The notes under the pieces are model-generated. The model searched no databases, had not been told where the DNA came from, and saw nothing but the letters and a program-made list of their open reading frames with translations. This document shows, one piece after another, positions 24,055-34,536 of a stretch of 45,203 nucleotides of DNA. This DNA comes from a virus (Duplodnaviria; Caudoviricetes). The first letter of the stretch is position 1, and the number at the start of each line of letters is the position of its first letter. Made by a program: the position numbers and the translations under genes. The stretch spans positions 1 to 45,203 of the IMG/VR virus record IMGVR_UViG_3300049044_000095; one strand, given 5' to 3'.

Positions 24055-25257
24055 TTACTGGTCGTCCCAGTCCTCGTCCGGCGGGAAGAGATCCCAGTCG
24101 ACGTCGTACTTGAAAGATCCCCACGTTCCTGGCTCCTTGTACTGCCGAGTCACCAGCGTGGGATATGAACGCTCGCCCTGCTTGTCCTGCACAAAGATGT
24201 ATTCCTCAACGCGCACGTACGCGGTACCGCCCGTTTCGCTACGCTGTTCGACCAAGTCGCCCATGTAGTAGTCACGTTCGTACACGTATCCGCTGTTTCG
24301 CGAGACCTCTCCGTCAAAAGCACTGATCGGTCGAGACTTCATCAGCTCGTCCCGAGCGCTCTGAATGAGGTATGCCGGAATATCCGTCACCTCTTCTGGA
24401 ACGTTCGATACGATCAAAATCTTGACTCGACGATCCAATCCTTCTGGCGCTTCTGTGCCGTCATACACCTCGGTCGAAAGCGTGATCTCCTCTTCAGGCT
24501 CTGTCTCGGTAGCCGGAATTGTGTAGGTGTAGATCACTCGCACAACGTTGTATGCGTTCGAGAAATCGGTGTACTCCGTGGTATTCGCCAAGTTCTCGAG
24601 ATCATGTGCAAATATGACCGCGGGGAGCGTGGTCTGCGCGCTTGTTCGATCGCTACCGGCGTAGACGTTAAAGTGCAGAATCGTCGCCGTGGGATCTTTG
24701 TAGAGGCGGATGCCCAGGTCGTAAATCGTCCCGAGCTCTTTGAGTGCTGCAAGAACCGACTCAGGCTTTTGTTCCCAGTCGATTGGCGTGATGGGTTCCG
24801 GAATTGTGTCAGCCGGGTACAACGTACCTGCAGTCACGAACGGAATGATATCCGTCTCTGAGACTGTTCCCAACACGCAAATATCGTTGAAGATCTGCCG
24901 CATGATGTTAGGCGGAGTGATGGCTGTGAAAACCCACACCGGTGAGATAGCCGTCCCTACAGCCTTGATGGCGGCACGAGCTTCAAGCAGATGCGTGAGC
25001 TCACGGCCCTTGATGTCCAGAACGCGGCGACGATTCTCGTCAATCCGCTCTTCCACGGTCATGATTTCCATTATGCGCTTCGAGAGATTGATCATGATCC
25101 GGGTGCCGGCGACAAACCTTCTCCGATTGGAAAAGGTAGAGAGGGTGACCAGATGAAAGTCACCCACCTCAACCCATCGCTCGGCCCAAATCATGGATTC
25201 AAACTGATCCACCACTTCAACAGGGCGGAGCAGAGCATCCAGGATATGGACCTCCAT
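24055..25257 (-). CDS. Tal/baseplate hub (ReqiPepy6 Gp37-like) minor tail protein
   Basis: FESMIWAERW..VGDF and Y.YERDYYMGDLV; follows Dit. Confidence 0.85.
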   Translation of the reverse strand: MEVHILDALLRPVEVVDQFESMIWAERWVEVGDFHLVTLSTFSNRRRFVAGTRIMINLSKRIMEIMTVEERIDENRRRVLDIKGRELTHLLEARAAIKAVGTAISPVWVFTAITPPNIMRQIFNDICVLGTVSETDIIPFVTAGTLYPADTIPEPITPIDWEQKPESVLAALKELGTIYDLGIRLYKDPTATILHFNVYAGSDRTSAQTTLPAVIFAHDLENLANTTEYTDFSNAYNVVRVIYTYTIPATETEPEEEITLSTEVYDGTEAPEGLDRRVKILIVSNVPEEVTDIPAYLIQSARDELMKSRPISAFDGEVSRNSGYVYERDYYMGDLVEQRSETGGTAYVRVEEYIFVQDKQGERSYPTLVTRQYKEPGTWGSFKYDVDWDLFPPDEDWDDQ

Positions 25258-26075
25258 CAGATCCCCCCGTATCTCACGTAGTACTCGAGCTCGTAGGGGA
25301 CTGGATCGCCAGGTGTGTAGACCCGGAACTGATTGGCACCTTCGAACATCTCAATCCATGCCGATTGAGGCGTTCTTCCCCACAGGAACGAACTGGTGAC
25401 GCCGGCGCGCTTGAGAGTGATCCCTTTGGAACCCTTGATGGAACTGATGGTCAACTCATCGCCAGCGATCAATTCTCCGACGAAATCCAGCTGCCGAAGC
25501 ACGCCGTCTTCTGGGGTGTTGTAGATCGAGAAGGCATCCACATCCCGGTTGGGGAAGAGCCGGAATATAGTGCTCGCCTCGAGATCGCCGGGATAGCTGA
25601 TCGCCGTGTTCGTTGTCGTCGCTGTTGTGAAACCTTCGCGAAGCACAACGCGAGGATCGAGGAAATCAGGCTGGTAGCACCTGAGTGTCACTTCGACATT
25701 GGGGTCTTCCTTGAACTGAGCGGAGCTGTGCGTCTCCACAATTCCGATCAAGTCCAAATATAACCCCGAGTCGAGGTAGAACCGCAACCGGACTTCTTGT
25801 TGCGGCATCAAATATGTGTAGAGTCCTCGCCGAAGCGACGAGAACGTCTTCACGCCGTCGGGCTGCAGATCGAAGACGATCTTGACATCCCGCGGTCCTC
25901 GCGTTGAGCCCTGGTATTGTTCACCGTTCAAACCGGCGAAACTGGTGGATACCAACGTGGCCTTGACAGGATCGAGTCCGTCAATATCGGCGATCTGATA
26001 TCCACTGTCGTTTTCCGTCATCTCCAAGGAGAGCGTCATGCTACGCCGATTGGTGATGTCCAGCTTATTGAGCAT
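25257..26075 (-). CDS. Distal tail protein (Dit)
   Basis: Follows the tape measure; IDGLDPVKA and GANQFR; 272 aa. Confidence 0.8.
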   Translation of the reverse strand: MLNKLDITNRRSMTLSLEMTENDSGYQIADIDGLDPVKATLVSTSFAGLNGEQYQGSTRGPRDVKIVFDLQPDGVKTFSSLRRGLYTYLMPQQEVRLRFYLDSGLYLDLIGIVETHSSAQFKEDPNVEVTLRCYQPDFLDPRVVLREGFTTATTTNTAISYPGDLEASTIFRLFPNRDVDAFSIYNTPEDGVLRQLDFVGELIAGDELTISSIKGSKGITLKRAGVTSSFLWGRTPQSAWIEMFEGANQFRVYTPGDPVPYELEYYVRYGGI

Positions 26076-29000
26076 TCGCCGCTCCCTTCTTGGTAGAGAT
26101 GAGGTTCTTGGTCTGCCGATAGATCTCTGCGTCGTTCAGAGCCTTCGGCGAAGTGTTGTACTGCGTGAAGTTGTACGTGTCGCCACCGGGCTTCGTGTCC
26201 GTGCTGGCGTCGTCCGTACGACTCTTTTCGTAGCTGGCGCCTGCCGCCTGAGCTCCTCGGTACGAGCTGGAAATGTCCAACGTTGGAACGTTGAGCAGGC
26301 TAGTGAGCTCTCCGGCAGTTCGCTTGACGTTGGTGAGATCCAGAACCGGAGTGATCGTCGGATCGAAGTCGATCAGGTCAGATCCGAGAACCTGAGCGAG
26401 ACCGGTCAACGTCTTCGACATCGAATCGATCATGTTCTCGCCCATGGAGGACACTGCGTCTTCAGCAAGATATGCGTTGTCATCCACTGCATTGGCAGAG
26501 CCAGCCACCACCATCTCGCCGAGGTAGTAGAATTCCTTCGACGGCGATTTGATTCCGAGAGCGTTCTTTGCGGCCTTGAGCATGTCGTTAGCCAAGTTTG
26601 CCGCAGCCTGAACCGCTCGGCCGATAGCAGCTCCGATGCCTCGAATGATGCCCTCGACCAGGGCGGAAGCCAGGTTTGCGCCAGCTTCTCCCATTTTGGC
26701 ACTGTTGTTGCGAATGCCTTCAGCAACGCCATTGACCGTGTCAATGATCATCTGAACGCCGGCGGTGTGAATCTTGTGCAGATTCCGACCGATGGCTTCG
26801 ATGAACGTGACAACAAGATCGGTGGCTACTTCGACTGCTTCGGGTACGTGTTGCTTCAAGCCTCGCAGGAAGGCGATGATAATTCTAGAACCCGAGTCCA
26901 CCAGAGTGGGCACGTACGATTCGATGAATTTGATCATTGCCGTAAGCAAGACGTAAAGCAACTCGATGATCTTGGGAATGACTTCGATGATCGCGTCGAT
27001 TACCGCGGTCAAGATCTTCGTCATTGCGTCGGTGATTTCGACACCGGCTTCGGCCAGAATCTTGGCGAAGGCGATGATTGCCAGGCCAAGTTGCTGACCC
27101 ACAAGGGGTAGCAATCCAAGCATCGCCGTGACGATACCCACCAAAGCTGCTGTCGCACCCACACCGACAGTCGCCAAGATGCCCAGACCCGTGGCGAACG
27201 CCAGTACACCAACGCCAGCGGCCAACACAGCGAATCCGAGTAGAGCGATTGCGCCGGCCAAACCAACGATGACGCCTACGAACGGGCCCAAGATGATGCC
27301 AGCGGCTCCGAGAACCAAGAACACACCGGCAAGAGCCACCAGACCCTTGGCGATGGCTTCCCAACTCATCGCGCCCAATGCCTGCAGCACAGGTGTGAGT
27401 ACTCGCAATGCCGCTGCCACAATAAGAACCGCAACAGCGCCTGGAACCGCAGTCTGCATCAGGTACAGGGCGCCGGCGATGATCAGCAACGCACCCGCCA
27501 ACACCACGAGTCCCTTGCCAATCTCTTCCCACGTCATCTTCGACATCTTGCCCAGGGCTTCCGTGATCATGCCGAGCGAAGCAGCTACGATCAGGATACC
27601 TACGGCACTGAAGATCGACGTAGGCGGCAAGAAACCAATCGCCAGAGCAATCGCAGTGAGAGCACCGGCCATGACAGTCAAGCCACGTCCGATTTCGCCC
27701 CAAGAAAGCTGCGACATTTCAGCGACAGCGTCACCGATCAAGTTCAGCGATGCCGCTACGATCAGGACACCTGCAGCGCTGAAGACTGAAGTGGGGGGAA
27801 GCAAATATAGCGCGCCGGCGATGATGCCGATACCAACGCCAATACCTGCCATACCGCGAGCGAGTTGCTCCCAGTTGTACTTGACAAACTCCCCAACCGC
27901 GTCGGCGAGGATTTCGAGCGACGTAGCGATCAGAACGATTCCGATGCCGGCGGCGATCCCGCCCTTGTTCAACTCTGCAATCCTTGTGAACAGCGCCAGA
28001 GCGCCAAGCAAGGCTGCTACACCAGTCAGACCCTTGGCAAGCTCCTCCCAGCTGAGCTTCCCCAGATCCTCGACTGCGTTTGCTAGATTCCTTACGGCGA
28101 CCGTAAGAATCAGCAAAGCTGTTGCCGTCTTTACAACTCCGGCGATGTCGTTCGGAAGGAAGCGAACGCCCCCGACCAACGCGGCGATCAGAACGAGTAC
28201 GCCAGTCAAGCCCTTGGCGAGATCGTTCCAGCTCAACTTTGCGAGCTTCTCGACAGCCGTCACCAGAATCAGCAGCGCAGCACCGAGTCGAATCAGAGCT
28301 GTGGAAACCACGATCAGCTTGGCAGCACCGAGTGCTCCACCAACCTTGTCGAAGAGGATGAAACCGGCGGCCATCTCCGTCATCAGTGTCGCCAGCGCAG
28401 CTGATCCTCGGGTTAGGCCGGCCGCATCGATCTTGGCCAGCTTTTCCAGAGAGACAGCAAGGATGCCGATTGCGATCGCAATGGACAACAAGGCAGCGCC
28501 ACTCAAAGCGAACTGCATGCCTCGCAGGGCGCCAGTAACGCCTTCGAGCGTATCCGTGATGGCTTCGAGGAATTCGCCCGGCTTGAAGTTCCGGAAGAAG
28601 TTGTACAGCAGCGTCAGGAATGTGATGAAGCCGGCGGTGTTGATACCCTTGAGGATACCCTCGCCAGTGATGCCGCCACCATTCCCAGCGAACAAACCGC
28701 TGATCGCGTCCTTCACCTTGACAAGCCATTCCCACAACTTGATGATTCCGTTGTAGGCGGTTTCGGTGATGGAGCCGAAGAATCTTCCGATTCTCTCCCA
28801 AGCGGCTCGAATGAGCTCGCCGGCGGAGGCTACAGGCTTGGCCGCCATCGCGATCCGTCGAAGCATATCCTCGACAGGACCGGGGTCGGCCTTCTCCCAG
28901 ATCTTCCCGATGACCTGCGCGAAATTCGAGACGATTCGAATAACAGCGTCGATCACCGTACCGATGATCTTGAAGAAAGTCTCGAAGACCTTTCCTTCTT

Positions 29001-30492
29001 GGATGAACCTGCGGAGAGCGACCAGAAAATCGCCGATGTTTCCGGTGAACCGCAGAACGCTGCCAGAGGCTCCTGTGAACCTTCCGATCAATCCTGCGAT
29101 GAAGTTCGCGCCGGCCTTGATGAGATCCCAGCCGATTCCCAAGATCGCAAAGAATCCGGCAAAAGTCCTCCGGAGGTTATTTGCGGTTTCCTCACCGAGC
29201 TTGAGCCGCTCCATGAAGTCACGGAAACTCACCGTCAGATCGTAAAGATTCTTGGCGGTGACTGCAGGAAACATCTCGCGGAAAGCCTGACCGATGGGCC
29301 GCAACACGGAAAGGAGTGCTTCGAAGGCGTTTCGAATGCCGTCGATCAGTGCATCGCGTCCGCCCAGATCCTTCCAGCCTTGAAGCAGCTCATTTCGAGC
29401 ATCCGAGAAGTCGTTGATAGCACCACCGAGGTAGTTGCTGACCTCCGTGAACATCCCGCGAGCTTCGTCAAAGTCGCCGAAAATGATCTGCCAAGTCTTG
29501 GCCCAGCCAGATGTGGCAGCTTCGCGCAACGTGTCGAGGAGCTGTGTGACTGTCTTGACCTTGGTGGCCGCGTCGGTAGCGGTCTTACCCATCTCCATGA
29601 TGCCGGCGATTTGCTCTTTGGTGTAACCCAAAGATTTCAATTGCTCCGCGGAAAGATCGCCAGTGAACTTGCTGAGCGTCTCAGCAAGAATATCCGTGGT
29701 GATCCATCCTTCTTGGATGCTGTTCCGGAACGAACCCTGCTTCTTGATGATCTCGTCGACCTTTACGCCGTGAACACGAGCGGTCTCGATCAGCGAGTCG
29801 CGGAAGACCTTTCCGCCCATACCGGCATTGACAACAGAGTTCCAGTCCTCAAGCGATACCTTTCCAGCCGAAAGAGCCTGCGAGAGCTGGTACATCGCCG
29901 TGGAAGCTTGCTGGGAATTCGACCCGGAAATTGCAGCCAGGTTTGCGATACCCTTGATGGCCGCGGTCGACTTGTCGAGGTCCACACCCGCGGCGGTGAA
30001 GGTACCGATGTTCTTCGCCATCTCGGAGAAGTTGTAGATCGTCTGGTCCGAGTAGTGATTCAGCTCGTCCAGCTTGCCGGTAACCTTGGCGAGACCTTCA
30101 GCACCCTTCAGACCGGTGTTGGCCAGAATGGTCTGAATGGAATTCAGGTTTGTCTCGTACTCCCGAAAACCCGACATGACCGGCTGGATCGTCAAAGATT
30201 TGACGATCTGCACGCCGGCGTCGACAGCCCGGTTGACGATGTTGTTCAGTGCAGAAATGGCGGCGACCTGCAGGGCGTTGAACTGCCCAAGCACGCCCGA
30301 CACTTGCTCTTTCATGCCAGCCATCGAGAACTTGCCGGCCGCGTCGCTAACGTTCTGAAGTCCCTTTTGGGCTCCATCCAACTTCAACGACTCTTTGAGC
30401 TGTGCAAGCTGAGCCAGCACTTGCTGTAGGGCTGGACCGAACTTGCTAGTGTCGAAAACCAGCTTTGTTACGCGCTCTTCGATCGAACTCAT
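26065..30492 (-). CDS. Tape measure protein
   Basis: About 1475 aa, Ala/Gly/Leu-rich with MSWEE-type repeats and a tape-measure domain (DQTIYNF...); ATG at 30492. Confidence 0.95.
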   Translation of the reverse strand: MSSIEERVTKLVFDTSKFGPALQQVLAQLAQLKESLKLDGAQKGLQNVSDAAGKFSMAGMKEQVSGVLGQFNALQVAAISALNNIVNRAVDAGVQIVKSLTIQPVMSGFREYETNLNSIQTILANTGLKGAEGLAKVTGKLDELNHYSDQTIYNFSEMAKNIGTFTAAGVDLDKSTAAIKGIANLAAISGSNSQQASTAMYQLSQALSAGKVSLEDWNSVVNAGMGGKVFRDSLIETARVHGVKVDEIIKKQGSFRNSIQEGWITTDILAETLSKFTGDLSAEQLKSLGYTKEQIAGIMEMGKTATDAATKVKTVTQLLDTLREAATSGWAKTWQIIFGDFDEARGMFTEVSNYLGGAINDFSDARNELLQGWKDLGGRDALIDGIRNAFEALLSVLRPIGQAFREMFPAVTAKNLYDLTVSFRDFMERLKLGEETANNLRRTFAGFFAILGIGWDLIKAGANFIAGLIGRFTGASGSVLRFTGNIGDFLVALRRFIQEGKVFETFFKIIGTVIDAVIRIVSNFAQVIGKIWEKADPGPVEDMLRRIAMAAKPVASAGELIRAAWERIGRFFGSITETAYNGIIKLWEWLVKVKDAISGLFAGNGGGITGEGILKGINTAGFITFLTLLYNFFRNFKPGEFLEAITDTLEGVTGALRGMQFALSGAALLSIAIAIGILAVSLEKLAKIDAAGLTRGSAALATLMTEMAAGFILFDKVGGALGAAKLIVVSTALIRLGAALLILVTAVEKLAKLSWNDLAKGLTGVLVLIAALVGGVRFLPNDIAGVVKTATALLILTVAVRNLANAVEDLGKLSWEELAKGLTGVAALLGALALFTRIAELNKGGIAAGIGIVLIATSLEILADAVGEFVKYNWEQLARGMAGIGVGIGIIAGALYLLPPTSVFSAAGVLIVAASLNLIGDAVAEMSQLSWGEIGRGLTVMAGALTAIALAIGFLPPTSIFSAVGILIVAASLGMITEALGKMSKMTWEEIGKGLVVLAGALLIIAGALYLMQTAVPGAVAVLIVAAALRVLTPVLQALGAMSWEAIAKGLVALAGVFLVLGAAGIILGPFVGVIVGLAGAIALLGFAVLAAGVGVLAFATGLGILATVGVGATAALVGIVTAMLGLLPLVGQQLGLAIIAFAKILAEAGVEITDAMTKILTAVIDAIIEVIPKIIELLYVLLTAMIKFIESYVPTLVDSGSRIIIAFLRGLKQHVPEAVEVATDLVVTFIEAIGRNLHKIHTAGVQMIIDTVNGVAEGIRNNSAKMGEAGANLASALVEGIIRGIGAAIGRAVQAAANLANDMLKAAKNALGIKSPSKEFYYLGEMVVAGSANAVDDNAYLAEDAVSSMGENMIDSMSKTLTGLAQVLGSDLIDFDPTITPVLDLTNVKRTAGELTSLLNVPTLDISSSYRGAQAAGASYEKSRTDDASTDTKPGGDTYNFTQYNTSPKALNDAEIYRQTKNLISTKKGAANAQ

Positions 30493-30866
30493 GCAGATAT
30501 CACCGCCTTCCACACACTCTGGGCAATCTCGTCAAATATGGGTTTGATTGCCGGGTTGATGAAGTCGCGACCTTGAACGTATCCGCCCGTCCCTGTGCCG
30601 TGACCATACTGCAGCATGATGACGACCGGAAAACCATTCTCAACATCCGAGTTGGTCCATGTGATCGTCGTACTGGCCGCGGTACGCTGGATATCGTAGC
30701 CCCAAGAGGCTGCTGCCCGAGACGAGTCCGTTGGCGTTGCTTGCGCCAGCGCTCGGACGCCCTTCTTAGCGCCAGCCTCTGCAATCGCTCCAATATCCAA
30801 CTTTTGAAGCTTTCGCAGCCAGTTCATCGTCTTATCGAAGGAACCCGAACCGGAAAGGGAGATCAC
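30489..30866 (-). CDS. HK97 gp10-like tail completion protein
   Basis: ATPTDS...SW.Y...QYGHGT...FINPAI. Confidence 0.75.
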   Translation of the reverse strand: MISLSGSGSFDKTMNWLRKLQKLDIGAIAEAGAKKGVRALAQATPTDSSRAAASWGYDIQRTAASTTITWTNSDVENGFPVVIMLQYGHGTGTGGYVQGRDFINPAIKPIFDEIAQSVWKAVISA

Positions 30867-30881
30867 GAATATCCCTCCCGA

Positions 30882-32021
30882 TTAATCGCCTTCGCGGATG
30901 ATCGTGAGATCGTGCCGGTGGCCAGCCAGTCCGTCGGCTTCGTCCAGGGCGTTCCCACTGGCAGCGCCGTTGTAGAACGCGGCTCCGATTCCCGTACCGG
31001 CAGTCAAACGGCCCCGATAGAACGCTTGACCATTCCAGAAACACGGGGCGGCCGCGAGCTCCGTGCCGAGCGTGTTGTTCGAGGGCAATGTGAACAACTT
31101 CACCCAACTCTGATCGCGGATGTTGTAGCTGCCGTTGTACTGGATCGTGTACAGGCCGTCCTTGTTCACCAAGATACGGCGCGCGGTAGCAAGATCCGGC
31201 GAAGGAATCGTGAACCACTCGTTGTCGGGATTGTACGCGTAGGCCGATTCCGTCGTGTTGAACGGGACAGCCACATCGTTGCCGGCCGCGTAGGTGCTGC
31301 CGCCGGTGTTCTTGTAGGCACGAATCCGCGGCTGCGTTCGCGGTCGACCAACGTTGAACCCGATCCAGGTGTTGGTAGCCGTCTTCAGCAGGCGAACCAG
31401 GCTGAAGTTTGGCATCACGTTGCTGACGCCGGACAACGTCACAGTGCTTGCGGGGGTCAGTTTCGCACCGCCAGAGCTGATGGTGCAAATATCCACCCAT
31501 GTTCCGATCGGGAAAGCCACCGATGCGTTCGTGGGGATGGTCACGACGATTTGCGCCGTCTGCGACGTGTGATCCACGAAAATCATCTGACAAGCATCGC
31601 CGATGAGCAGCGTGTGGTTCCCCGTGACGGTACGGATCACGGTCTCCCGTCGAGCAGCTAGCAACTGCCCGTAAGTCGCCACGTCCGAATCGGCTGCGCC
31701 GTCGACCGCCTTCATGCGACCGCTGGCGTCACGGATCGGAATCTTGTTCGGGTCCGGATCAGCGTCCACATCGTTGGAGCTCAGAAATGCGTCAGCGCTG
31801 ATCCCGTCGAGGAGCTCCGAGTCCGCGGCCTTCCCCAGCTTCGGGAGGTAGTAATCCGCGAAAGCAGCCGGAAGATTTGTCCACGTGTTCGCGCCGTCGC
31901 CGATCTTGATGACGCCGGTGTCGATCGCAACACCGAATTCGCCATCGTCCAACACGACGTCAGAAACTGCCCACTCGGCTTCCAGACCGCGACGTTGCTG
32001 TTGCTTAACGCCTACTGCCAT
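30882..32021 (-). CDS. Tail fibre-like protein with Mtd_N/hyaluronidase-type N-terminal anchor
   Basis: QRRGLEAEW...L.DGEFGV..DTG.IKIGDG..TW..LP; later TIPTNASVAFPIGT. Confidence 0.75.
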   Translation of the reverse strand: MAVGVKQQQRRGLEAEWAVSDVVLDDGEFGVAIDTGVIKIGDGANTWTNLPAAFADYYLPKLGKAADSELLDGISADAFLSSNDVDADPDPNKIPIRDASGRMKAVDGAADSDVATYGQLLAARRETVIRTVTGNHTLLIGDACQMIFVDHTSQTAQIVVTIPTNASVAFPIGTWVDICTISSGGAKLTPASTVTLSGVSNVMPNFSLVRLLKTATNTWIGFNVGRPRTQPRIRAYKNTGGSTYAAGNDVAVPFNTTESAYAYNPDNEWFTIPSPDLATARRILVNKDGLYTIQYNGSYNIRDQSWVKLFTLPSNNTLGTELAAAPCFWNGQAFYRGRLTAGTGIGAAFYNGAASGNALDEADGLAGHRHDLTIIREGD

Positions 32022-32770
32022 TACACCTCACCACTATCGATAGTCGTCGTGACAGGAGTGTCGATGTTTCCGGCATCGTGGGTCGAGAACACCGGCGTGA
32101 GCGGACCTCCAGCGTCGTAGACCAGATCCTGGAACGAATCGAACAAGAACACAAGCTCGCCGGCCGAAGGAAGCGTCGGAGCAGACTCATCACTGCCGTA
32201 AAGCATGTTTTCGAGCTGCAACAGCAACTCGGCTGGCGTATCCCTCGAATCGATCTCGTAATGAGCGGTCGGAATGACACCAGAGACTTTGTCGCCGCGG
32301 CCGGTAACTTCCCAACTGAATTCCATCGGGTCGTTATCGTCGTTCAGCGTCTCGTATCCTCTTTCTGCCGGCTGAGCGCGCAGATTGTAGAGAATATGAA
32401 TCTTGTAGGCCAGATCTGTGCCGACTTGATCGTCGCCTACCAGCGTGCGATAGCACATCGCAAAGGGCAGACGACGCTGGTGGCGTGCCTTGAGCCCGTT
32501 TCCAAGCGAAGCTGTCCCATCGCACGGTTCGAACTCGGGAGGAAACGTGATGGCGTTGATCGTCGCTTCGAACTTCTCGGGAGAGGTGTAGTTGCTGATC
32601 ACCATCCCGTCGAGATAGCGACGTTTGTCTTCGCCGCCAGACCGAGGGAGATTCACCGCGGTCAAACCAATCCATGGGACGCCGGGATTGTCGCCGACGT
32701 ACAAGACGCCGCGGTCAACACCTGCTTCGAAGAACCGCTTTCCCACGCCATCCCAGTTAATTCGCGTCAC
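32021..32770 (-). CDS. Second tail-tube-like protein (major tail paralog)
   Basis: GVDRGVLY, GVPWIGLT, F..CYRTL.G.D and FSWE match 33325-34206; GTG start after GGAGG. Confidence 0.8.
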   Translation of the reverse strand: MTRINWDGVGKRFFEAGVDRGVLYVGDNPGVPWIGLTAVNLPRSGGEDKRRYLDGMVISNYTSPEKFEATINAITFPPEFEPCDGTASLGNGLKARHQRRLPFAMCYRTLVGDDQVGTDLAYKIHILYNLRAQPAERGYETLNDDNDPMEFSWEVTGRGDKVSGVIPTAHYEIDSRDTPAELLLQLENMLYGSDESAPTLPSAGELVFLFDSFQDLVYDAGGPLTPVFSTHDAGNIDTPVTTTIDSGEV

Positions 32771-32781
32771 GCATCCTCCCC

Positions 32782-33312
32782 TCAGCCGGTAGTATTCCAC
32801 TCGCGTTTGCGCTGCTTGTTCAGAGCTCTGCGTTGCTCCAAACTCATCTTTTGCTTCGGCCCCTTCTTGAGGGCGTGAACCTGGATCAACGTGAACAGCT
32901 TGTTGAGATGCCAGTGTTGGTATTCTACTGGAATGTTCAACTCGCTCATCCAGTAGTAAATCAGCTCTGACGTGATTGCTTCGCGCTGTCCTTGATTCTG
33001 CTTACGGCTCGGCAGGACCGTTGCCGTGTTCTTGGCAGCCACATACGTCTTGATCTCCTCCATGTGATTCAGAAGGAGTTGGTAGAAAACCGCCGGAGAA
33101 GGTTCATCCCCGACAATCATCGCTTTTATGTATGAGATCGTCTCTTCGTCGGTCCGCGGTTCTGGAGACAGAAACCGTTTTTCGTGAATCGACTCCCATT
33201 TTGACAACGAGACAAGAGAATGCTCGAGCTCGACTCGCACGGATTCTGAAGCGACGAACTTATTGGTTTCCTCGTCGTAAGATTCCTCCGTTACGACGTC
33301 AATCACGAGCAT
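32782..33312 (-). CDS. Tail assembly chaperone
   Basis: LEHSLVSLSKWES, TSELIYYWM and WHLNKL; lies between the major tail and tape measure genes. Confidence 0.75.
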   Translation of the reverse strand: MLVIDVVTEESYDEETNKFVASESVRVELEHSLVSLSKWESIHEKRFLSPEPRTDEETISYIKAMIVGDEPSPAVFYQLLLNHMEEIKTYVAAKNTATVLPSRKQNQGQREAITSELIYYWMSELNIPVEYQHWHLNKLFTLIQVHALKKGPKQKMSLEQRRALNKQRKREWNTTG

Positions 33313-33324
33313 TCTCTCACCTCC

Positions 33325-34206
33325 TTACGCGAACGTGAAGACCCACTGCGTCTGGGTCGGCACCGGGAACTTGTAGCCGGTGGCCGGGTACGCTCGGACC
33401 TCCGTGTTTGCCGTGATCGGACCGTAGTCGCCGGCCGGAACGATGACGCCGTTGATCTTGTACTCGACGCCCGTCGTGTTCGGGATCGTGATGAGGTCCG
33501 TCGTCGAGTTGTACGTCGGAGCCGCCGGCGTGGCGCTCGTGAGCGTCGACGCCATCATCAGGATCACGTCGGCCGGCAGCGGCAGGATCGCATCGGTCGA
33601 AGCCGTGCCGTACAGCGCGTCCTCGAGAGCCGCCAGCTTTGCCGGATCGGTCTTGAGGCTGTTGACGGTCATCTTGGCCGTCGGCTTGTACGGGATGCCC
33701 AAGACCGTCCCGACGTTGACGGGGGTGGTCGAGATCTCCCACGAGAACGCGGTCGGCTCCGGCGAGTCGTTGACCGTCTCGCTGGCCTTCTCGGAAGGCG
33801 CCGCCAGCGCACCCCAGACGAGGTTGAGCTCGTACCCGTAGTCGTTGGCCTCGACGTCGTTGCCGATCAGCGTCCGGTAGCAGAAACCGAACGGCTTGCG
33901 CCGCTGCTGACCGATGGTGACGCCAGGGGTCGGAACGGCCGAACCGTCGTTCTGCTCGAACTCGTCCGGGTAGCTCAGCGCCTCGATGGTCCCGCCGAAC
34001 TCCTCGACCGAGAGGAGGTTCAGGTAGACCATGTTGTCGGCGTACTTCTTGTTGGACTCGGCGCCCGAAGGCGACGCGGTGACGTTGGTCAGGCCGTTCC
34101 ACGGCACGCCATCGACGTACTCGCCGGCGTCGAGCTGGTACAACACACCACGATCCACACCCGTGCGGTAGAGCCGCTCACCGGTCTTGTCCCACTCGAG
34201 CTTCAT
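33325..34206 (-). CDS. Major tail protein with C-terminal Ig-like domain
   Basis: MKLEWDKTGERLYRTGVDRGVLY and YADN; strong codon bias; position in the tail module. Confidence 0.9.
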   Translation of the reverse strand: MKLEWDKTGERLYRTGVDRGVLYQLDAGEYVDGVPWNGLTNVTASPSGAESNKKYADNMVYLNLLSVEEFGGTIEALSYPDEFEQNDGSAVPTPGVTIGQQRRKPFGFCYRTLIGNDVEANDYGYELNLVWGALAAPSEKASETVNDSPEPTAFSWEISTTPVNVGTVLGIPYKPTAKMTVNSLKTDPAKLAALEDALYGTASTDAILPLPADVILMMASTLTSATPAAPTYNSTTDLITIPNTTGVEYKINGVIVPAGDYGPITANTEVRAYPATGYKFPVPTQTQWVFTFA

Positions 34207-34218
34207 ACTGCCTCGCAT

Positions 34219-34536
34219 TCAGAAGTAGATGTTGAAAACGTCGTGACGAAGATTGTCAGCGACGTAACTACGAGAGTGCAGTGACTTCGGCAGCATCACC
34301 AGCTGATGGAATTTTTCCGGCTGGGGGCTTTGACCGATCAGCTTGACCTCGTACTGCTGTTCGTAGGTGTACGGCCTGTTGTTGGCGAACGTTGTGTACC
34401 CCTGCGCGAGTTCGTAAACGATGCAGGGGTAACTCATCTGCGCATTCGATGGCGGTTGGAAATATACGCGATCGGCAATCGCGATGATGCCCTCAAGGAC
34501 CGCCTGGAATTGGGGCCTTCGGTCCGTTGTAAACAC
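34219..34536 (-). CDS. Tail terminator
   Basis: VYFQPP...YPCIVY...ADNLRHDVF. Confidence 0.75.
   Translation of the reverse strand: MFTTDRRPQFQAVLEGIIAIADRVYFQPPSNAQMSYPCIVYELAQGYTTFANNRPYTYEQQYEVKLIGQSPQPEKFHQLVMLPKSLHSRSYVADNLRHDVFNIYF

Noticed and set aside
30882-32021. Diversity-generating retroelement suggested by the Mtd_N-like domain
   Set aside because: No reverse transcriptase and no template/variable repeat pair seen
33196-33205. Third GTCAAAATGG match
   Set aside because: It lies inside the chaperone CDS, encodes LSKW, and lacks the TAGCT extension and RBS context
32782-33312. Programmed frameshift in the tail assembly chaperone
   Set aside because: No convincing slippery site or overlapping second ORF; the next gene has its own RBS
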